Shown here piece after piece: positions 6,897 to 7,165 of a DNA stretch of 7,165 nucleotides; the first letter of the stretch is position 1; each line of letters starts with the position of its first letter. Source of the stretch: Candidatus Vampirococcus lugosii. GTDB taxonomy: Bacteria; Patescibacteriota; Gracilibacteria; Absconditabacterales; Absconditicoccaceae. The stretch covers positions 1-7,165 of the forward strand of contig NZ_JAEDAM010000095.1 in NCBI RefSeq assembly GCF_018420025.1, written 5' to 3'. Below the pieces are notes generated by a model, which was not told where the DNA came from, did not search any database, and saw only the letters and a program-made list of their open reading frames with translations. A program made the position numbers and the translations under genes.

Positions 6897-7165
6897 AAAA
6901 CATCATAGAAGAAAATAGGCAATATATATTATCAAAACAAATTTATAATAGAAATTACTATTTAGATAAATTTGCTAATTTTGTAAATACCAAAAATGTG
7001 CTTGTAGTAGAATGACAAAGAAGAGTAGGGAAAAGTTCGGTAGTTATATCTTTTTTGAAATCAAACAATATAGATTTGAATAAAGTTTTTTATATCAATA
7101 AAGAATTGGACATATTAAATAATATAAAAAATGCTGTAGATTTGGATGAAGTTTTTAGTTTCTTT
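6893..7165 (+). CDS. AAA+ ATPase, AAA_14/DUF4143 (COG1373-like) family, N-terminal fragment (3' end outside window); table 25
   Basis: ATG 6893 is the first start after in-frame TAA 6860-6862, and the frame is open to the window end (91 codons). MKNIIEENRQYILSKQIYNRNYYLDKFANFVNTKNVLVVEGQRRVGKSSVVISFLK... has Walker A G-Q-R-R-V-G-K-S (7013-7036, first Gly is TGA). This matches the typical G-x-R-R-(V/T)-GK-(S/T) start of that family. Confidence 0.55.

Noticed and set aside
1-7165. TGA = Trp (table 4, Mycoplasma/Spiroplasma-type) as the explanation for the in-frame TGAs in AT-rich DNA
   Set aside because: TGA falls on invariant glycines (GTGKT, GRGSR, GLTATP, STGVD, MGTGGF, GPPGVGKT, GQRRVGKS). 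Trp at these positions would abolish P-loops and helicase motifs. TGG is used separately at expected Trp positions.
1-7165. A decayed, pseudogenised R-M locus riddled with nonsense mutations
   Set aside because: All roughly 100 interruptions are TGA and none is TAA or TAG, despite extreme AT-richness. There are no frameshifts over 7 kb, and all catalytic motifs are intact once TGA is read as Gly. Random decay would not be codon-specific.
1-7165. TGA as selenocysteine
   Set aside because: The density is far too high (tens per gene), the codons sit at glycine rather than cysteine positions, and there is no evidence of SECIS-like hairpins after each one.
1-7165. tRNA, rRNA, transposase/integrase genes, or inverted-repeat shufflon elements for hsdS phase variation
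   Set aside because: The non-coding space is limited to 25, 2 and 84 nt gaps. No second hsdS copy, recombinase or long inverted repeat is visible in the window.

Overview
With the standard bacterial code this very AT-rich window looks almost non-coding. The longest ORF in the supplied track is a 149-aa low-complexity antisense artefact. Reading TGA as a sense codon gives five co-directional + strand genes covering about 98% of the window, with no in-frame TAA or TAG. About 100 in-frame TGA codons (hand count) fall repeatedly on invariant glycines of textbook motifs: helicase motif I MATGT[G]KT, motif VI QII[G]R[G]SR, methyltransferase motif I M[G]T[G][G]F, and Walker A [G]PP[G]VGKT. That fits NCBI translation table 25 (TGA=Gly, known from SR1/Absconditabacteria and Gracilibacteria), not table 4 (TGA=Trp). 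In order, the window holds: the 3' end of a probable hsdM; hsdS; hsdR (EcoEI/EcoAI-like, with an extra CarboxypepD_reg-like beta-sandwich domain); an 861-aa fusion gene; an 84-nt intergenic region with a tandemly duplicated leader; and the 5' end of an AAA_14/DUF4143-type ATPase gene. The fusion gene overlaps the hsdR stop by 14 nt. It joins an HsdM-like N6-adenine methyltransferase domain, whose catalytic tetrapeptide is degenerate (NPDT where NPPY/F/W is expected), to a McrB-type AAA+ NTPase, and carries a perfect in-frame 60-bp tandem duplication near its C-terminus. The best candidate for a new system is the tightly coupled operon hsdM-hsdS-hsdR-(degenerate MTase::McrB-like NTPase), which has no McrC-like nuclease partner in view. 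All calls come from manual translation and remembered family motifs; no database search was possible.
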